The notes under the pieces: generated by a model
The model's input: the letters and a program-made list of their open reading frames with translations, nothing else
What the model was told of the DNA's origin: nothing
Database searches by the model: none
Shown: positions 47,261 to 61,142 of the stretch, in pieces
Layout of the letters: every line of letters begins with the position of its first letter
Numbering within the stretch: the first letter of the stretch is position 1
Assembly: GCA_032718475.1 (NCBI GenBank)
Contig: JAUCBJ010002484.1
Location: forward strand, 1 to 61,142
Source: Nemertoderma westbladi
Taxonomy: Eukaryota > Animalia > Xenacoelomorpha
Direction: 5' to 3'
DNA length: 61,142 nucleotides
Translations under genes and position numbers: made by a program

Positions 47261-47741
47261 ATACTTTTATAATGGCTGAAATTTTTTTTTAAGACAAATT
47301 ATTAAATTTTATTATTATAATATTAACAATTAATATTAACAAAAATAACATATTTTTATTATTAACTCTTTTCTAATAACATTATTATATTTATTTTTCT
47401 ATTTATTAACAATCATTATTTATAAATAACATTAATTGTTTATTTAAGTAACATTAATTATTACAGATATGGTTTAATAAAAGGTGTATAGATACAATTG
47501 TTCCACTAATAAAGGGTGATATTATTTATTATAATAACTTTGGTTCATGATAAACTATAGGTATATTATACATTTTCAATATTTCTAATATAAATTGATT
47601 ATATTTAATAATTATTATATTTTTGGTTTAATAAACTATCATTTCTTCAATTTATAAATATTAATACCGGGAATAGGAGTTACCATGGTAGGAGTAGGGG
47701 TGGTCCCTTTTCCTCAAGATGGCGAAATCGATGGTTGATAT

Positions 47742-49689
47742 TTATTATTAAACTTTATGTTATATATAGATAACAAAGACAATGCACGCAGGTGTTGATA
47801 ACCATATTGTAGTGCACGCCTGTGATATAACTGACCGTTACTTAATGTAGGCCTACTGTAAGCAAAACAACGTATTATAGGCTACACATAATATTATATA
47901 ATACATAAATTGATAATAATATAATGTTATGGCAGAAAATAAACTAACTAAATTAAACTGATAATAGTGACACTACAATATACCTATTTACTTAATCAGT
48001 ATGGTTAACAGTACCAAAACTAATATTGCTTGGATTCCGCTACGATATTTATAAACAACTGTTAAACTCCCGACAACGTGAACAGTGACAACATGTCATG
48101 TATGTACATGGGTTATCGCAGTCAAATATGGGCATCCTTACTCGACTGTAATGCAAAAACAGTTGACGTTTAAATACTGAAAGCTTCTTGATTTTCCGGA
48201 TTGCAAGAGGTAGATTATTCCACTCCTTCCCAATCCGGTTACAGAAAGAAGCATAAAACGTTTCAGTATGGCAAAGATTACCGAATATTCTAGGATCCAC
48301 GCCCCAGCTACGTTCTCTAATAGCAGGTAGTGCAACGTCAAAGCGATTATAGACAACACCATGATAAAATAGGAGATCTAAGATCTCTTTCCGATAGCAA
48401 ATTGGAGTTAGATTTAAATTGCCTAACCTCTCGCTGTATGAGAGATCATGCTGATACCCACAAAGGCTGCGAGTTACACGTCGCTGAACCCCTTCCAGTC
48501 GAAGGCGGTTATGTTTGATGTGTGTGTCCCACACTGGACTGGCGTACTCCAATTTACTACGGCACAACGAAACAAATAACTTTTTCATTAGTTCACCATG
48601 TGAACTATCACACACTCTCCTTATCATTAACCAAGTTTTATTCGTCCTACCAACAACGTTATCAATGTGCGCTGACCAATATAGGTTCCCGGTGATTTTC
48701 AAACCTAGATCGGTGAAACTAGTTACACGACCAAGTGGGTGGCCCCTCAAATTATAAAAATATAAATTTAGGAATTTCTTCCTAGTTATAGTTAGCACCT
48801 TGCATTTCTTAGTGTTAAAACTCATACCCCATGTCGGCCATGTCTCGCTCCAAACAAGTAATTTATCTAAGCTGCCTTGTAGGTCCCAGCAGTCTGTAAC
48901 AGATTTTATTTCAGAGAAAAGCTTAGAGTCATCAGCATAAAGAGAAACCGTGTGGTCTCTTTCTGCCACACGCGGCATGTCATTGATATACATACTGAAC
49001 AAAATGGGCCCCAACAAGGACCCCTGTGGGACCCCTGACCGCACATCTAGCCAATAGGAAACTGAGCCATTGTGTGACACACATTGCCTACGGTTTGATA
49101 AATATGATTCCATCAATTTCAGTATTGCACCACTAAAACCAAAGCTTTTTAGCTTATGAATCAATAACGTATGGGGTACACTATCAAATGCCTTGGAAAA
49201 ATCCAAGTACAGCACATCTACCTGCCCACCATTATCTAAAATCTTACCAATAGTATGATATGCACCAATGAGCTGGGTCACTGTTGAGCGACCAGCACAG
49301 AAACCATGTTGACTAAGAGAGAACAGTGGTTTAATCTGATATATGATGTGATCACATAAACATCGTTCATATACTTTAGATATAACTGACAACAAAGACA
49401 CTGGCCTATAGTTGTCAGCAATATTACGCTCTAGCTTCTTATATACGGGAATAACCACTGCACTCTTCCAAGCCTCAGGAAAAATACCTGTCGCCAGTGA
49501 CAAATTAAATATATTGCACAATGACTCACTTAATTCATCTGCACACTGAATTAGAACAATGGGTGGAATTGCATCAAAGCCTGCAGCCTTGTTGCTATTT
49601 AAAGATCGTAAAATCTTGAGCACATGTTGTGGAGAAAAGCATGTGCTTTCCAGATTACAATTCCGCCAACTAAAAATGTATGGTAGCAC
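47742..49689 (-). mobile_element. 5'-truncated CR1/L2-group LINE with open RT ORF (48049-~49689)
   Basis: NYRPVSLL, YLDFSKAFDSV, GVPQGSLLGP, YADD. ATAT at both junctions. The flanks rejoin into a repeat unit like the one at 49790-49850. Confidence 0.88.
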
Positions 49690-50499
49690 ATATGGCGAAT
49701 CACCGGTTGCCATAGTAACTGAGACTTGAAAATATTATCAATAAATTTTCCATAGTCGATATAGTGGGGTTAGGAGTTGGTTCCGTTGCCTCAAGATGGC
49801 CAAATCGATGGTTGATATGGTGAATCTACCAGTTGCCATGGTAACTGAGAATTGAAAATATGTTCAATGAATTCTCCGTTGGCGATATAGTGGGGGTAGG
49901 AGCTAGCCCAGTTGCTTTAAATGTAATTATATCTATTCTTATGTCGGTTGCTATGGAAACGGGATTTGTGAGAGTTGCCCACCCTATTGAAGAGAGGACT
50001 TTTCAGAGTAGTTGTGTAACTTGTTTTTTTTCGTCCACACAGACAAACACCAGAAATAACGTTACCATTAATTAATGATTCTTAACAATCAGCAGCTTTG
50101 GAAACCTCTAGAATCAGAATTACCAAACCAAAGGCAAAACTTACAGATTAAAATTTTTACTACTTGTACTTTTCGTTCTGGTACACCAGAATGGTACTAA
50201 AAATGATGTTTGCATTTTCCAGAAATATTTGTATCTAGTTTCATTGTGATCAGCTATCTCGAAAACCCATATACATTCAGAATTATCAAAACAAACGTAA
50301 CAATTTTAGTTTAGCATTTTTATGTACTTGTACTTTTTCGTCCTGTGGGAGCAAGATAGCACCAAATATATTTTTAACAAGTTTTATCATGACGATTTCT
50401 TTGAGATGCTATGATGGCTTAACAAATAATATTTTTGGCACCACCATGTAATCCACAATTTGCATGCTGTAACTCAGAAGTTCATTAAGAATGCCATTT

Positions 50500-51040
50500 C
50501 CTGAGGAATGTAGAAGTTAACTGTCAAAATGTTGGTTTTCTTGGAGGTAACATGGTCTACCAACCCTAAAAATAGCCTATTATAATGAGCAAGAGGCCAT
50601 TGGGCTCCATCTAGTGTTTCTGAGAGTACTCCTAGGTCATCAGCAAAGTCTGATCTGTTGGGTGTATTTCTTCGATTTCTGCAGCCAGTAGGTGGTGTTA
50701 CCATCATACCCCATCCATGATAATGGTGATCTATGGGATATGCGTATCACATAGACTACGACAATTATCAATAGGAATAGTGCAAGTGTGTCTCCCTGGA
50801 GGACTCCCCATAACACTTCGAATGGATCTGTTTCACCATCAATGCTAGACACAAATGTCGTCGAACCATCGTATACTGATCTGATGCTGCAATAATTTCA
50901 TCAGGAATCCCACATGCTACCATTAAGCTAAACATACTTGGTCGGGAGACTGAGTCGAAGGCATTAAAGAACTCAACAAAGATAACAGCCAGATGTCGGT
51001 TTTTTTTATAACTCTTCGATTATCCTTCTAAGTGCCAAAA
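50500..51040 (-). mobile_element. Older degenerate RTE RT fragment
   Basis: GVLQGDTLA, DFADDLGVL; diverged from the 44643-45836 copy. Confidence 0.8.
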
Positions 51041-51619
51041 TGGGTTTCATGGTCCCACGGATAAATATCCTATGGATAAAGAACTGCAGAAAAGGAAGTT
51101 AGGAAATGCAATATTGTAAAATATTAGTTTATTTGTTGTATAACTTTTTAAAATATATATTGTTTGCTATTACTAGTTTCCAAATAATATTATTCAATCA
51201 ATTACTTTTTAAAACAGGTGCCTCATAATAATAGGTTCATTAATATGTCATCTTCAGTCATATTTATCTTACAAATCCGTGCATTGTGTATATATTATGC
51301 AACTTGTTAGTCCAATATATATATCAGAACTATTGCCTCATATCAAATATTATTTCGGGCTCGCATATGGTGTAACTTAGCATACATTTAATTACCGGTT
51401 AACAGTACTTACATGAAGGCTTTTTACTGTATTTTATAGATATAAAATGTGTAAAAGTGTAAAGTTATTAAAAATATAGTTTCACATTTCAGTGTTTACC
51501 GAGCGCCATCGCCAGCGAGGTTAATAAATGGTCGATAAATGCAAAATTTAGTTTGATCATCCTAAGTTATGTTTAAATGACTTAATAAATTTATACAGTC
51601 TATGAATGTCAAAAAATAA

Positions 51620-54606
51620 GCAGGTAAACAACTTACAGTCTTACACCCCACAAACTAACAAAAAACATTAAAACATGACATTAAACGCAGGCCACTAGGG
51701 CAATCGAAAACCATAAACAATACAAACAAAAAAACGACATAAACAACAAACAAAAACAAAAAACAAATATATTAAACATGCTCAACATACAGGTATGTAT
51801 CGCACCCTAACCGTAACCTTACCGCCATACACTAAATGATACCGGTTTATACTGCACAAAAGCTAAGCCTATATTTTATAAGAAAATATATGACATTTTG
51901 TCGCCGCAAAGTGGTAGAACTAGGGCAAATATAATTAATTTTAAAAAATTTGGTTGCGTTTCGGTGCCTGAGACCTAGTACAGTATGCGGTAATCTCAGA
52001 CATCTCCTCAGCTGGACAAAGTAATACCCAAAGCCTATCTATACTGCACCAATGACCTACTATAATCGCACCAAACTCTGTTACCACTCTCCCAAACAGA
52101 CATCAGACCGCAGAACAATGAAACCAATATGGTAAGTGAATCTATGTTACCTAATGGAAAACTGGTACGTAGCTAGGGTATACAACACACACACGCGCAG
52201 TACAAAACATATTAGATTTTATAAAAATACATAAAAATAATAAAAATACAAAATGTCATATATTTTCTTATAAAATATAGGCTTAGCTTTTGCGCAGTAT
52301 AAACCGGTATCATTTAGTGTATGGCAGTTAGGTTACGGTTAGGGTGCGACTCATACCTGTATGTTGAACATGTTTAATATATATATATTTTTTTTTTGTT
52401 GTTGTTTATGTCATTTTTTGTTTGTATAGTTTGTGGTTTTCGATGGCCCTAGTGGCTGAGTACTATTTTGGTAAGACTCTAGTTGTTTACCTGTTTATTT
52501 TTTATATACATACAACAAGCCTCCTGTTAGTCAGTATGTCACATGCGACCTTTAATTATCATTTCATGAAGTAGAGCAGAATTTGCGACATTGCTGCAAG
52601 TTAAAAAATGTAATATGTTTTGTAATGCGCGTGTGTATACCCTAGCTATGTACCAGTTTTTATATTGGGTAACATAGATTCACTTACTATATTTGTTTCA
52701 TTGTTCTGCAATCTGATGTCTGTTTTGGGAGAATGGTAACAGAGTTTGGTGCGATTATTTGATGATGGCTGATGATGGAAATTTGATGTACTAACTTTTT
52801 CCGAAACTTTTCTCACTGACGACCACGCTCTTATTAACCTTATCAAAATTGCTGGATATCAAGACCCAATTTTAACGAACCGATCATATGGGAAAAAATT
52901 AAACCGTGGCGGTACAGCAATTTTCGATTCAAATAACCTTGAATTCAGTGGTTGTCCCGATATCCAGATGGCTGGACTCGAGAGTACTTGGGTAAAAATT
53001 AAACGTCCCCGTAATTCCAAACCTCTTATAATTGGTACAATCTATCGCCCCGACTCTGTAGCTCACGCTGAATTTCCAACAGTACTGGACTCAACCCTCT
53101 CTAACCTTTCTAAAAATAACCTTAACATTGTTATAACTGGTGATATGAATATTAACCTATTAAACCGAACACTGATTCATCTTCCTATATCGATCTACTG
53201 ACCTCTTATGGTTTCGTCCAATTAATAAATCAACCTACTCGAATTTTTCACTCTGAACTTCCAGGACGTACCATTCACTATGAAACACTAATCGACCATA
53301 TCTTTACTAACATCATAACTTACTCAACTAATTCCAGTACAATTTCTTGTAAAATTGGCACCAGCGACCACCAACCCACCTTTGTTATTCTCGAAAAATA
53401 CTCCTCTTTTACCATTGCCCCTAAACCAACATTTAAGTTCGATTTCTCAAACTTCAATCCATCTGTAATCTTCTCTGAGCACTAGTACCTTTACTAATAA
53501 CTTGAACACTTCCGATAAATTCGACAACTTTTACAATGACCTTAATAACATCTGTTCTAGATACGTCCCCCATACCGCAGTCCCTCCTCATTCCATTCCA
53601 CTTAAACCATGAATGACCTATAACCTAATTAACTGTACCCTTACAAAAAATAAGCTGTACCGTGCCTATATTAAAAACCCCTCTCACACTAATCTCTTAG
53701 TTTTTACAACTTACCGCAACCGAGTAATTAACCGCTACACTCCGTACTGCTGAAAATAATTATTACGCTAGACATGTTAAAACTAATGCCGGCAATATTA
53801 AGAAAACCTGGTTTATAATTAATTCCGCTTTAAATAGAAACAATAAATCCAAACTCCCTACTAAACTTACAGTTAAAACCGATCTTAATATTGAAACGAT
53901 TACTGACCCATCTTCCATAGCCGAGATTTTTAATATACACTTCTCCACTATTGGACAATCACTAGCCAGTACTATTCCTACATCGCCGCGCAGACCAACC
54001 CGACATATTAACCCACCTCGTAACTCTTTCTCCCTAATCGAAACCTGCCCCGTTGAAGTTGAATTCAAACTATTCCAGCTAGACCCCACACTTCTTCTAA
54101 CGACCCATTTCCAACTAGATTGCTCATTCTGGCTGCTAAACCATAAACCATTCGGTAATCCTTTGTCCAGCTGATACGGTGTCTGAGATTACCGCGTACT
54201 CCCAGGCACCGAAACGCAACCATATTTTTATAAAATTGATTATATTTGCCCAATTCGACCCCTTTGTGGCGACAAAATGTCATATTTTTTTTATAAAATA
54301 TAGGCTTAGCATTTGTGCAGTATAAACCGGTATCATTTAGTGTATGGCGGTTAGGTTAGGGTTAGGGTGCGATACATACCTGTATGTTGAGCATGTTTAA
54401 TATATTTGTTTTTTTATGTCGTTTTTGTTTGTATTGTTTGTGGTTTTTGATGGCCCTATTGGCTGAGTACTATTTTGGGCGTTATTGTCCTTATTCTTTG
54501 TTTTTTGTTAGTTTGCGGGGTCTAAGACTCGAGTGGTTTACCTGTTTATTTTTTATATAATATACAACAAGCCCCCTATTAGTCAATATGTCGCGGGCGA
54601 CCTTTA
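51620..54606. mobile_element. Rearranged foldback / Kolobok-like non-autonomous element(s) with long inverted arms
   Basis: 51620-52015 is inverted relative to 54166-54545; 52248-52500 is another inverted copy; 52065-52195 is inverted relative to 52625-52757. Termini read GCGACCT+TTAA at ~52555 and ~54607. Confidence 0.6.
52845..54065 (+). pseudogene. CR1/L2-type LINE ORF2 N-terminal fragment (APE endonuclease)
   Basis: RGGTAIF, IIGTIYRP, ITGDMNINLL, INQPTR, TLIDHIFTN, SDHQP, KKTWFIIN, FNIHFSTIG; stops and frameshifts. Confidence 0.8.
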
Positions 54607-54734
54607 ACCCTATTCAACCTGGGTGTTGGCGTTTAACGCCAACATTTTCAAACATTGTTAATTCCATTATATAATTATTTGCTGTAAATTTGAGATTTCT
54701 TGACTTTTCCTAAAATTTACTGGCGAATCTAGTT

Positions 54735-54850
54735 ATGGTATTTATTTTTTTGTACGACATTTGGTTTTTTCGCAAATAGCGCTTTGTTGCACATGGTATT
54801 TATTTTTTTGTACGACATTTGGTTTTTTCGCAAATAGCGCTTTGTTGCAC
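54735..54850. repeat. Tandem duplication of ~58 bp
   Basis: atggtatttatttttttgtacgacatttggttttttcgcaaatagcgctttgttgcac twice. Confidence 0.85.
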
Positions 54851-56087
54851 TAAAGTTGAGAATTTCGTTTGAATTTCCAAAAGTCAGCAGTTGTGAGTTC
54901 ATGATATTCCTAACTCCTAAAATTGAGGTGTTATGGTTGGATAACCACATTGGGAATTGTAGCCAATCACAGTGCAAGCTCTTCAAACTATTTTAGCAGA
55001 CTCAAATCTGAATGAAATTAAATTTACCTGGAAATGGATTAGGTTGTTGTTAACCATCCCACAGCGGGATAGATTGATGAATGTATTTTACAGACTACCC
55101 AGGAAACTGCCCTACACAGCATGACAGAAAATAATTGGACCAGACATCAACACAGGCAATATGTGTTGGGTAGCTAACCCAGAGAACCCTTGTTATTAGT
55201 CTTTTATTGATTTTTATTAATTCTTGATGATCATCTATGCTTGACATGGGAACATGTAGCAATCTTGGCAAAATATTACAGGCAGGGAAATTGAATATAT
55301 TTCCTATTGGGCAAATAGGGCACGAGTGGAAAACTCTAAACACAAGGGCAGAATATTTGAATTTCGCTGAACTAAAAATAATTTGTCATCTTCAAATAAT
55401 TTGTTACTAAACAATGTCCTAGAATATAGTGTCATAATTCAGTGATTTGGACACCCCAAATTTTTCTACAAATCTTAATGAGATTGTATGAAATTTGAAA
55501 CAGAGATAGTTTCACCTCCCTGCTCCTTATTGGGTGAGTAGGAATTTAAATTTTGCTTTTATTTTTTTTTTTTAGCTACAAGCGTTTAAAAAAAGTGTCT
55601 CCGTCGATATTGCACCAGTTACACTGCAGTTATTCTTCAGCCTTATTTTGATTTGTTTGTACCAATTGAAAGCTGGCCCTGTAAGGATTCCAAATGTAAA
55701 AACATGAATTTGGTTGGGAAATTGCTGAGCTATTGGCATTCGAACGTAGCATGTATTTGCTTCCGCTGCAGGCCATTTATTCTATTAAATAAATACACAA
55801 TGTTCTAGAACATTTTGTTTATCTCATAACCTTCTCCCCTACTTGATAATTAACGAGCAATAAAATTAATTATTGACCCTTACATTGCTAATTCGCCGAG
55901 ACAGGAATCTCCCCCCCCCCCCTCCTGCATTTGAAATCAAAGCAATATAAAACTTATCAAATTACAAAATATTTAACAATTATGCATACAAACCGAGAGA
56001 GTAAAGTAACTACGAAGATATTATAATATGAGCAAAATCAAATATATAGAATAAGTAAGAATGAGAAATAGCTAATGCCTCTACTGG

Positions 56088-56172
56088 TGTCCGGACACTT
56101 CCCCCCCAGACACTTCCCCCCCCCCGGACACTTCCCCCCCAGACACTTCCCCCCCGCGGACACTTCCCCCCC
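56088..56172. repeat. (GACACTTCCCCCCC)n tract, G-quadruplex-prone on the minus strand
   Basis: Five units; resembles terminal tandem arrays of invertebrate DNA transposons. Confidence 0.75.
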
Positions 56173-57154
56173 GACTGATCTTAACTTCGCACATTCGTAT
56201 TTTTCATTTTGTAAGGTAAACGGACCGCTTGTATCCAGATAAGTTGTATCCAATTTTCCTTTCTTAGCTCAGAAAGTCACCTTTTGCATCCCGAATTTAC
56301 ATTTTATATCCAAGTTTTATTTATGGGTTTTATCAATGCAATTACATCTTACATCGTATTGTTTGCTAATCTTTAAACAATTAATTAGATGACCAATAAA
56401 TTCCATCCCCCAAATGATATACTGTTTTTATTAACTATAGAATCATAATAGTCTACTCACTCTAAAAAATAATTTGGCAAACTGCAGTATATCTGCTAGC
56501 ATAACAAATTACAAACATAACCATTATACTAATTCATAAAAATAAGTACCGTCGAGAGATAGACATGTAATTTTAAACATATACTGTATTATTAATTGTT
56601 CAACACACACTAACGTTAAAACAATTTTAGTTGTCAGCGACACCATTTCAGTATATGGTAACAAAAAATGTGTATTACTGTACATTGTAATTTTCGAATA
56701 CATCGTTTCTAGGTACATGAGTGTCATTTGACATTCAAAAATCGAATTAATAGCGCAAAATATGACGGCAAATACAAACTAAAATTCACAAGGGGCTTGA
56801 ATTCTAAATCGATTTATAACACATATCTAATTATATTCCGACCCTGAACTAACATACAACCAAATATAAAAATACATGTTGACATAATATAATATAATTT
56901 ACAATAATTTAATTAAATGGATAAAAAAAAATAAAAAATTGAAATATTAAATATAAATATAAATATAGGCCTACAATATAAATTATATTGTGATGAAGAA
57001 AATATGAATGCTTTAGTTTCATTATTTACTACTGTAATAATTATTAAAGTACGAATATTATTCTGAACAAAAGTTGATAAATATGGCCAGATACAGTACT
57101 AATAAAGACCATTGAGTTTCAGAAAATGAGTTTTTGAAACGTCTCATTAATTAA

Positions 57155-57499
57155 TTAATTGGCAGCATCAGAATAACATAATGAACATAAGAGTTCACTG
57201 TGGTCCAGGCATGATGTGTTACCACATTTAGCGCACCGAGTTCGGACTTTCTTTAGGTTTTGCTGAACTTTCCGTTTGTTGGAATTACCTGCGGTTGCCT
57301 GCAAGCACCCGGAGCAACGCAACGGCTTCTCAACCCGCGGTTGTTGGTGGTAGGTTGGACGATTCAGCGGGAGTTCCAACGGCTTCACCCAAGATAATTG
57401 CCATCTGGGATTTGGTTGTCCTGGTCGTGTGGATCTCTCCCTAATCTGAGGAATGACCAAGCTTTCTGCCAGCTCCCAAATAAATCGAGACGACTTTAC
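57155..57499 (-). pseudogene. piggyBac transposase, last exon (Cys-rich domain)
   Basis: gtgcAG acceptor; VKSSRFIWELAESLV...CSGC...CAKCGNTSCLDH...CSLC*. Confidence 0.75.
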
Positions 57500-57899
57500 C
57501 TGCACAACAAAATGTTAAAAATGTATTTATTAGAAGGCCCATGTGAACATTCCCAGAGTGAAACTTTTACTCTTCTAACCACAACAATAAACTATGTTGT
57601 TACCTTACAACTGAGTGAAAGGAGCAGGACATAGACGTTGTATTTTCAGGTCCCAGTTTAGGTCCCCTTAGTGGGAATTTATAAAACTTCAAAAAAATGA
57701 CGGGACACCCCCCCCCCCCCTCCATTAGGGCCCATCCTCCCATAATTTGCACCCCCCCCCCCCTTCCTTCCCCCTATGAAATATTCTGGATCAGCGCCTG
57801 CAAGACATGAATACATAGACGAAAGATTGTATAAATTCTAAAAAATAATAATATACAATACGCTATGTAGTATCCCTATACAAGTTATTTTAAATTTAA

Positions 57900-58500
57900 C
57901 CCTTTGCGTACCAAATATAAATTACATTGTGTTTTCCTCCCAAGGACCAAGAAAAAAAATTTCATCGGACCAAGGATTATTTTTCTTATCGTACCAGAGA
58001 TTAATAAAAAGCGAATAACTATTACTAATTATCCTAGACTCCCAAATAGGCGTCACACTGCCACCTAAATTATTGTCAAAATTTGTAATTCATTCATTTT
58101 TGAACCCCATGGGCGGCACAAGGTCGCCTTTATAATTTGTAACATAATTATTGGCTAAATTTAAATTTATAAGTTCTCCTAATCAATTGAAAACCCTTCA
58201 AGCAGAATATAAAAGTAACTTTTCTAGTGTAGTTTTTCCTGCCCAACACAAATATGAACTCAATTTTTCCGTACCAGAAGTCATAATAAAGTTATAAGAG
58301 TATTTAGATAAAGGCGGCACACTGCCGCCCTGGGAGTCAGGTGATATTATATATGTAAAGGCGGCACCCTGCCGCCCTGGGGGTTATTATATAATTATCT
58401 AAAGGCGGCAGACTGCCAACTTAAAGGCTCTGGTCCTGAATAAGGTATAATGATAAAGGCGGCAGTGTGCCGCCTTTTTTAAGTGTTGGTACACAAAGGG
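57900..58500. mobile_element. piggyBac-type MITE (601 bp)
   Basis: TTAA-CCCTTTGCGTACCA ... TGGTACACAAAGGG-TTAA; internal aaaggcggca...tgccgcc palindromic repeats. Confidence 0.88.
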
Positions 58501-58518
58501 TTAACATTTGATACAAAC

Positions 58519-59292
58519 CTTTTTCGATCTCGGATCTTTATTATTATTGTAGGCCCACACAGTCTGTGCATTGACGCGACTTGTATCAAGCATATAGGCA
58601 TTGGCCGTCATGGTCCACTTTCTTGATTTCGTTTTCGTCGTTAAACTTCCTTGGCGTTGGTCCATGATATCTGTTCCGCCTTTTGTATAGTCGTATACTT
58701 TGTAATGGCCGTATTTCTTCTTTTCATCTTTCGTGTGCGTCAACATTGGAGGCATGGTGGATAGTAGAAGAACATTGTGCTTCTTTTCTTTGCTCTTTAC
58801 TTTCACGACATAAGAAGAAAGTGATATTTTTTTATTGTCGAGTTTATAAAGTACTTTAGTGTCAAATAATTTACGTGTTTGAGTCTTTTTAATTTCGGAC
58901 GGTACACCTTTTCTATTGGACATCATCGTTCCTATTATTGTAATGTTCTTTTCGAGCAGGTTGTCAGCTAGTGGAACTGACGTATATAGACGGTCCGTAC
59001 TAATATTGCGTCCTTTTATATCCACCAGCTTATGTAAAGTGTTAACAGATCAACGAGATCACAGGTCAACGAGATGAATAACAAACAACATTATCGTTTC
59101 TCTTTATGTAGTGATCATCGCCCTCCTTAGGTTTACCGCTGTAGAAATGAGCGCCATAGGTAAATGGAGCCCGAACTTCATTAATTGAGCGAGATAGCTA
59201 ACCATATTTCGCCGGTTTATTAGGGTTATAATTCTTTAAAGAAGTCTCCACTCTCGTCGGATACAGGGTTTCGTCAACAGTCAAGAAATCAC
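58519..59292 (-). pseudogene. piggyBac transposase, catalytic exon (DDD), damaged
   Basis: LTVDETLYP..YNPNKPAKYG*, NISTDRLYTS, GTMMSNRKGVP, YDYTKGGTDIMDQ. AG acceptor at 59294-59293 and GT donor at 58518. Confidence 0.82.
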
Positions 59293-59435
59293 CTATAACA
59301 TATAATTATCAATTTATTATTGGTAATATGGGTGAATGAGTCCCCAGATTCTATAATTCGCCGATAATCCTTTCTCCCATTTTATATCCTAATAATATTA
59401 TAAATATATTATTAACATTATGAAATAATAATATA

Positions 59436-61142
59436 CAGGGTGTTCCACAAAATTTGACACGTTTTTGTTTTTTAATAACTTTGCGCGATCTCAACCTAAT
59501 TTCCTAGTTTTGGTGGCAATCGGAAGCCGAAAGATAAACTTAAACTTTGGTTTGGGTATGGCATGTTTTAGTTGCTATGGAAACTTAATGTTGTTATATA
59601 AAACAAGAGTTTGATTATCCACTTAATTTTACTATAAATATAAAGGTATAAAACTGCACATATTAGTGAAATAATGAAACATATAGGTAGTGGGCTAAAA
59701 TAGTTTAATATTGGGTAAGTTTACAATGAGTTTGCTACTACTTTATACTAATTTAATTTAATGAATTATAATAATTTACTACTAATACACTTCAATATGT
59801 CCTCCTCCAATATGCTGGACGTGATCCAGTCTTCTGCGCATCTCCTTGAAGCAATTAGCGAAGTAATCCTGGGACAATGAACTAAAGGCATCCCGAATTG
59901 CCGTCTTCAGTTTACATTTTGAAGATTCTGGGCGTACACTAGATTCTTCACATGCCTCCATAGACTAAAATCCAAGGAGTCATGTCTGGTGATCGTGGCG
60001 GCCATTTTACAGGAGCATCTCGACCGATCCATCGTCCCTGAAAGTTTTCATTGAGAAAATCTCTTACCAATAAGCCCCAGTGGGGTGGTGCACCGTCTTG
60101 TTGGAAGATTGCCGTGGAGAGATTTGATAACTGGGGAACAAAGTAGTCCTTTAGCAAGTCTAGGTAAGAGAACCTGTTTACAGTAGAATGGGGGAAGAAA
60201 TAGGGGCCAATTAGTTTGGTTTCGGACATCGCAGCCCACACTGTAACCTTTGGGGTATCCCTAAACTTTCCTACAATTTTATGAGGATTCTCCTTTCCCC
60301 AAATCCTACAATTCCATCTGTTTACTTGGCCGTTGATATGAAAAGTTGCCTCGTCGCTGAAGAACATGTTATTCAGGTCCTTATCATGGAGGTACTCTGC
60401 TATTTTAGAAGCGGCTTCTACTCGTGTTGAATAATCTGAGGATTGTAGTCCATGAACGACTTGGAGTTTGTAAACTCTAAAGTGAAGATTCTTTGCAGTC
60501 CTATGCAAACATCCAAGACTAACATTTAGAGCCAATGATGCTCTACGATAATGAGGTTTCTGGGTGTGCGGTTAAATATTGGCCAATATTATTAACAACA
60601 TTTTCACTAAGGGGCAGTCTACCGGAACCTTTCTTACGCAAAAGCGTTTTTTCGTTTCGAAATTTAATGACAATCCTAGATATGTCTTTCCTTGCAGGTC
60701 GCCTTTCTCCAGGATATTTATGGGAATACTGTAGTGATACAAGTTTTGCAGATTTCAGCTCAAAAAACTTACTTATGATGAAAACTTTCTGATCTCCAGA
60801 AAACATATTAGTTATTAAATTGACATCTAAATGTAACCAAAAAAGTTTATATGCTGTAATTATGTAGTGACTGTAGGCCTAACCATGAAGACATCAATAA
60901 CAGTTGACAACCAATATGCAACACATGTACCAATATGTAACAAATGCACAATTAAAACACACTTAAAGCAACAGATAGTGATGATGTTGTCTAGAATAAA
61001 TAAATTTAGATTGTTACTATGACTTCAGTAATACTTAATTTAGATCAATATTTAAAATTTGTCTTATATTCAACATCTCCCTCATAAATTATCTGAGAAC
61101 ATTTCATACTATTTTTCAGAATAAGTGTTAGTGTGAATAATG
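59436..61142 (-). mobile_element. Tc1/mariner DD41D (rosa/Visitor-like) element; transposase pseudogene 59782-60806
   Basis: TA-CAGGGTGTTCCACAAAA terminus; FSDEATF, FQQDGAPPH, WPPRSPDMTP(LD) giving 41-residue spacing after correcting a 1-nt deletion; ends GGGHIEVY*. The other TIR is outside the window. Confidence 0.85.

Noticed and set aside
49690-49713. ATG start of the 554-aa RT ORF
   Set aside because: Comes from flanking repeat DNA beyond the LINE 5' truncation; fortuitous.
48049-54065. RT (48049-49689) and APE (52845-54065) as one LINE
   Set aside because: Opposite strands and very different decay; separate insertions.
54345-54370. Telomere remnant (ttaggttagggttaggg)
   Set aside because: Only about three units, embedded in a repeated transposon arm present three times.
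56038-56253. GGKC-repeat ORF
   Set aside because: Translation of a C-rich tandem tract.

Overview
AT-rich, repeat-dense eukaryotic (probably invertebrate animal) DNA with two recognisable host genes. One is a single-exon NDUFB6-like complex I subunit (11335-11841, -). The other is a 5-exon secreted CAP/SCP gene with two C-terminal CASPR/neurexin-IV-like fibrinogen/COLFI-type modules (16893-34820, +). The dominant feature is two copies of one unusual BEL/Pao-derived LTR element. Copy A spans <1-7900 (+) and is nested in a Gypsy integrase. Copy B spans 18326-29662 (-), is complete, has apparently identical 1231-bp LTRs and a GTTTT TSD, and lies in intron 2 of the CAP gene. Both copies keep Gag and protease but share loss of RT, RNase H and integrase. 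Both also carry a decayed env-like remnant and a large orphan ORF whose central cassette differs between copies. Copy B has no tRNA-type PBS; the bases after its 5' LTR are complementary to its own LTR, suggesting Tf1-like self-priming. The rest is nested TE debris (RTE and CR1/L2 LINEs, Merlin, Academ, hAT-like, an intron-containing piggyBac, a DD41D mariner, MITEs/foldbacks, tandem repeats) plus an intronless mucin-fibrinogen pseudogene. All family assignments come from motif recognition by eye; no searches were run.
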